Source of the DNA: Dehalococcoidia bacterium
GTDB taxonomy: Bacteria > Chloroflexota > Dehalococcoidia > Bin125
NCBI GenBank assembly: GCA_963555985.3
Contig: OY820591.1
Coordinates: 2,944,001 to 3,008,000, forward strand
Length of the DNA stretch: 64,000 nucleotides
Direction: 5' to 3'
The notes under the pieces are model-generated. The model saw only the letters and a program-made list of their open reading frames with translations. It did not search any database and was not told the DNA's origin. Of the stretch, positions 60,210 through 64,000 are shown in pieces. Position 1 is the first letter of the stretch. Each line of letters opens with the position of its first letter. The translations under genes were made by a program, and so were the position numbers.

Positions 60210-61415
60210 TTACCGCGCTAAATCGAGGATCAGACGCAAGAGGACGCGCAGCGCGCGGCTGCGATCTTCGGGCGAGAACCACTCGCGCACGCTGTGTTGA
60301 TTGTCGGAGCGCCCACCCCAGGAGAGCGCGATCGCAGGCACGCCCGCAGCGATCGCAGCGTTCGCGTCCGTTGACGATCCAATCAGCCGAGGCGTCAAGT
60401 CCTCTGTCCGCAGCGCAGCCTGAGCGCTGCGAACGAGAGTGGAATCAATCGGCGTCGTACCGGCAGGGCGGTCGCCGATCTTCGTGAGTCGCGGTTCGAG
60501 GGCGGCAGTGGGACGGCGCTCCAGTTCCCGCTGATGACCCCAGGCGACAGCGTCGCGGAAGTGCTCTTCGAGGCGCTCAAGCTGGGCCGGATCCTCGCTG
60601 CGCAGATCGACTTCGACTGCCGCCGACTCCGGGATCGCGTTGACGCTCTCGCCTCCGCGCACGACGCCGATGTTGTAGGTGGTGCGCGGCTGATTGGGCG
60701 TGCGCAGTTGCGCCAGCCGCTCCGACGCCGCAGCCATCGCAAAGATTGGGCTGTAGCGCCCGAAGTGCCCCCAGCTATGCCCGCCCCCGCCGCGCCACTC
60801 CACCAGATAGCGACGCGAGCCGATCCCGCGGTGCACGATCACGCTTGCGTCGGAGTGGTCGATCGTGATGAAGGCCGCTGCTCGCCGACCTTCCGACGTG
60901 TCAAAGTAGGCCCGCGCCCCGCGCAGATCGCCGCGCCCCTCTTCGCCGACGGTGGTGAGGAAGATCAGCTCCCGCTCGGTCTCGATCCCCGCAGCGGACA
61001 GCGTCCGCGCGAGCGCCAGCAGCGCCGCCAGTCCCGCCGCCGCGTCGGAGATGCCGGGCGCGTGATACTCATGCGCCGCGACGATCTCGCCTTTGCGATA
61101 GGGATTGGGTTGGCCGGGCCGGGCGACGGTCACGGGCTGTTCGGCGCTGAAGACGGTATCGAGATGGGCGCTAACGACGATCGCGCCGCCGGCCGAGCGT
61201 CCTGGACGACGCCCGATCACGTTTCCGATCGCGCTGCGCTCGACTCGCAGCCCAGCTGCCGCGAACGCATCCGCCACGTAATCCGCTCGCGCTCCTTCCT
61301 GTCCGGTGGGCGCGGGGATTTCGCAGAGTGTGATCTGTTCGTCGAGGATTGCCTCGGCTTGCTGCTCGAACCACGTCGCGGCAGCCGTGAACTGATCGGT
61401 TGCGCGCATGGACAT
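60210..61415 (-). CDS. M20/M25/M40 metallopeptidase
   Basis: SAHLDTVF, GEEGRGDLRG, GGHSW, SSTDAN. Confidence 0.88.
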   Translation of the reverse strand: MSMRATDQFTAAATWFEQQAEAILDEQITLCEIPAPTGQEGARADYVADAFAAAGLRVERSAIGNVIGRRPGRSAGGAIVVSAHLDTVFSAEQPVTVARPGQPNPYRKGEIVAAHEYHAPGISDAAAGLAALLALARTLSAAGIETERELIFLTTVGEEGRGDLRGARAYFDTSEGRRAAAFITIDHSDASVIVHRGIGSRRYLVEWRGGGGHSWGHFGRYSPIFAMAAASERLAQLRTPNQPRTTYNIGVVRGGESVNAIPESAAVEVDLRSEDPAQLERLEEHFRDAVAWGHQRELERRPTAALEPRLTKIGDRPAGTTPIDSTLVRSAQAALRTEDLTPRLIGSSTDANAAIAAGVPAIALSWGGRSDNQHSVREWFSPEDRSRALRVLLRLILDLAR

Positions 61416-61873
61416 CAGAGATCGAGTCCCAGCGCCTCGAAGACGGCTTGGTAGTGCTCGAAATTCATCGGCTGATAGAAGGGGATCGCGAGGACGATCT
61501 CGCCCTCCGGGTCGCAGACGAACGCCGCCCGTTGAGCGCGGCGGCTGTCCTCGTCGAGCACGCCGAAGGCGGTTGCGGCGGCGCGATCGAGATCGCTGAG
61601 GAGCGGGAACGGCAACTCGTAGGTCTCAGCGAAGACGGCGTGGCTCAGCGGGTCGTCAACACTGATCGCGACCACGCTCGCTTCGAGTTCGTCCAGCATC
61701 TCGAGGTCGTCGCGGAAGGCGCAGAGCTGGGTCGTGCAGAGCGGGGTGGCGTCCTCCTGGTAGAAGAGGATCACCAGTGGCCCGTCTTCAAGCAGGTCGT
61801 AGAGCGCGAGCGGCCCGTCCAGGCTTTCGAGACTGATATCGGGCAGTTGATCTCCGGCCTGGAGCGCGGTCAT
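61415..61873 (-). CDS. Peroxiredoxin (BCP/PrxQ-like)
   Basis: FYQEDATPLCTTQLCAFRD, ISVD, FPLLSD; start ATG 61873. Confidence 0.88.
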   Translation of the reverse strand: MTALQAGDQLPDISLESLDGPLALYDLLEDGPLVILFYQEDATPLCTTQLCAFRDDLEMLDELEASVVAISVDDPLSHAVFAETYELPFPLLSDLDRAAATAFGVLDEDSRRAQRAAFVCDPEGEIVLAIPFYQPMNFEHYQAVFEALGLDL

Positions 61874-63060
61874 GCGTCGCTCCTCTCCGGCAGACCCGGC
61901 AGGGACCCGATGTTGCCGCGAGCAGCGGCCAGGACGGCGATGCGGCCCAGCCCCGCCGAATCGGTCAGGACGTCCACCGCCCGGCGGGCGGCCAGATAGT
62001 CGCCCATCGCGCCTCGAGCTTCTGCGACCGGCGGCAGAATCGCGGCTCCGAGCGCTCGCAACCATTCGGCCTGGCTGACGATGGGATATGGGTTGAGTCC
62101 GGCGTCTCCTGATGCGTGCTGAAATTGATCGAGATCGATGTGGCAAGTGATGTCTTGCTCGCCGGGGTGGAGATAGGGATCGTCGCCGGGGACGTGCCGG
62201 CGCATGGTCATCAGCGTGCCCTCCCGCCGCCAGGGGGCGTAGAGGCGCTCGCGCTCGTAGCCATAGTCGAAGAGCAAAAGGAGGCTGCGGTTGCTGTTGA
62301 GCTTGGCGGCAAGCCGTTGCATCATGTCGGCTCGAAGCGGGCTGAGCTCGGCGATCTGCCCCTCGGAGGCTGATGCACCCGGATGATCCCGCAGTGGGTC
62401 GATCAGGCATGTGTCCGATAGCGCTTCGGGAAGATCGTGGAAGCCGGCGGCTGGGCTATAGCCCGCGCGCAGTTCGCGCCATTCGCCTTCCCGGTATTGG
62501 AGCCGGTGAACAGGCAGCGCGTCCAGCAGTTCGTTGGCGACGATCAGGTGCTGGTCTGCGCTCAACTCATTGATGTGCGGGAGTGATTCGAGCGGCCTTG
62601 TCAACGGTTGCAGGCGTGCTCGTTGGCGGGCGGCGGCGTGCGGATTCGGTTCGATCAGGCTGAGTTGTAAGGCCTCGGCGCAATTGGGTGCGTGGTTGTG
62701 GAGCCAGCGCAGCAACGCTTCCTGCATGGCACCGGTACCGGGGCCGATTTCGGCGATCCGGAACGGATCCGGCCGCCCAAGTTGCTCCCAGAGGGCGAAG
62801 ATGAGATACGCGACCGCGCTACCGAAGATCGGGTGAACCTCGGGACTGGTGAGGAAGTCGCCGTCGGTACCGACGGTGGGGGCGTTGCGGCGGTAGTAGC
62901 CATGTTGCGGGTGGTAGAGGCAGGCGTCCATCCAGTCGGCGAAGCTGATCGGACCGTGCGTCGTGATGCGCTCGGCGAGGATGGCGGCGAGGGGTGTATC
63001 GAGCACGGGCGCGGCTGCGGCGGAGAGTGGGTCGAAGGGGGGCGCGCCGGTGCGGGTCAT
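61870..63060 (-). CDS. SAM-dependent methyltransferase, MidA/NDUFAF7 family
   Basis: GPISFADWM..CLY.P..GYY, GDFLTSPE, EIGPGTG, ANELLDALP, DYG, QDITCH. Confidence 0.9.
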   Translation of the reverse strand: MTRTGAPPFDPLSAAAAPVLDTPLAAILAERITTHGPISFADWMDACLYHPQHGYYRRNAPTVGTDGDFLTSPEVHPIFGSAVAYLIFALWEQLGRPDPFRIAEIGPGTGAMQEALLRWLHNHAPNCAEALQLSLIEPNPHAAARQRARLQPLTRPLESLPHINELSADQHLIVANELLDALPVHRLQYREGEWRELRAGYSPAAGFHDLPEALSDTCLIDPLRDHPGASASEGQIAELSPLRADMMQRLAAKLNSNRSLLLLFDYGYERERLYAPWRREGTLMTMRRHVPGDDPYLHPGEQDITCHIDLDQFQHASGDAGLNPYPIVSQAEWLRALGAAILPPVAEARGAMGDYLAARRAVDVLTDSAGLGRIAVLAAARGNIGSLPGLPERSDA

Positions 63061-63149
63061 GGGGTGAGTATAGGAAGGGGAAGCTGAGCCGCGGAACGCA
63101 GAACGACCGCCCGCAGGCGGTCGCTCTGGATGCACCGAACCGGTGTTGG

Positions 63150-63704
63150 TTAGCCGTTGACTTCGACAGCTCCTGCCAGCGACGGCGCGACCTGCTCGGC
63201 GACGCCGAGCACGCTGACGCTGACGCAGCGATCGCGGGGTTCGTCGAGTTCGACCAGGAAGATCGATTGGAACTCGCCGATGTGCAGTTCGCCGTTGAGC
63301 ACAGGCACAGTCTCGGAGGTGCCGAGCAGGATGTGCTGGCAGTGCGAGTGGCCGTTCTCCGGCTCGTTCTCGTGCATGTTGACGGTGCGGATGTCGAAGT
63401 CGTTGTGGCGGTAGTAGACATTCGCGGGCGCCCACGCGATCAGGCGGTCGCGCAGGTCGTCAAGCAGCAAGGGCTCGTGCTCTTGCAGGATGATGGCGGC
63501 GGTCGTGTGCTGCGAGAAGATCGATACCTGCCCGAAGGCCACACCCGAGCGATGCACGATGGCGCGCACATCGTCGGTAATGTCGCGGAACGACGGGCCG
63601 TGCTCGGTGCGGTAGCGCAGCTCGTCGTGGACGTGGTGGAAGCCGTGTGGAGCGGGCGTCGCAACGGGCAGCGGGACCGTGCCGTTGGTAGACGCGCGGG
63701 CCAT
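63150..63704 (-). CDS. YjbQ (UPF0047) family protein
   Basis: DITDDV, QHTTAAI..QE.EP, YRHND, NGHSH, QSIFLVELD.PR. Confidence 0.9.
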   Translation of the reverse strand: MARASTNGTVPLPVATPAPHGFHHVHDELRYRTEHGPSFRDITDDVRAIVHRSGVAFGQVSIFSQHTTAAIILQEHEPLLLDDLRDRLIAWAPANVYYRHNDFDIRTVNMHENEPENGHSHCQHILLGTSETVPVLNGELHIGEFQSIFLVELDEPRDRCVSVSVLGVAEQVAPSLAGAVEVNG

Positions 63705-63870
63705 TCCTCCCTCATTTTCACGCGCTGCAAGGATGATCGGGATGTAGAAGATGAGAGCGCTCGCGGGCGGCTTGCAGCATTCCGTCCACTGGGCTGCTTG
63801 TCAATATACCGCAGTGCGTCCGTGTCTGTGTTCGGAATCGGGCGCAGCGTGGGGGAGCTGGCGACCGGAG

Positions 63871-64000
63871 CTATCGGCCGCCTGCTCCGCCCGGTTGATC
63901 TTCGACGCCGAGACGCACCCGCACCCGCTCCACGATTGCCGCCACGCGGCTTGCGTCCGGAGCGTTGGCGGCGTGCTCCTGGTACTGCTGGAGGTCGTCG
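63871..64000 (-). CDS. 3' end of a gene running off the window (TPR-like C-terminus)
   Basis: Open frame DDLQQYQEHAANAPDASRVAAIVERVR...* ending at TAG 63871. Confidence 0.4.
   Translation of the reverse strand, partial: DDLQQYQEHAANAPDASRVAAIVERVRVRLGVEDQPGGAGGR

Overview
High-GC bacterial chromosome segment, probably Chloroflexota (Dehalococcoidia-like). This taxon call is an inference from the SecY N-terminus, the Zn-ribbon L24 and the LLM/amidohydrolase/Uma2 gene content. Bases 1-20.7 kb hold the fused str-S10-spc-alpha-L13/S9 ribosomal superoperon. It lacks rpsN and rpmJ, and its SecY carries a ~138-aa extracytoplasmic insertion resembling the Flagellin_IN/FliD repeat. Bases 20.9-31.6 kb hold a SAM-cycle and purine-salvage cluster (apt, mtnP, pfkB, GNAT, ahcY, metK), plsX and trxA. 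The rest is a mosaic of catabolic enzymes, three toxin-antitoxin modules, two small-protein/protease pairs, a PLP histidine/serine decarboxylase with a tandem-ACT partner, split hopanoid-tailoring genes (hpnH, hpnG-like, hpnA), and an islet flanked by diverged copies of an acyl-CoA dehydrogenase 3' end. Non-coding features include clusters of palindromic REP/dRS3-like repeats, strictly 10-bp-phased degenerate arrays, LexA-box-like sites before orphan ORFs, and a possible pseudoknot leader before ahcY. No rRNA, tRNA, CRISPR array or intact transposase was recognised. All family calls are by eye from motifs; no searches were run.
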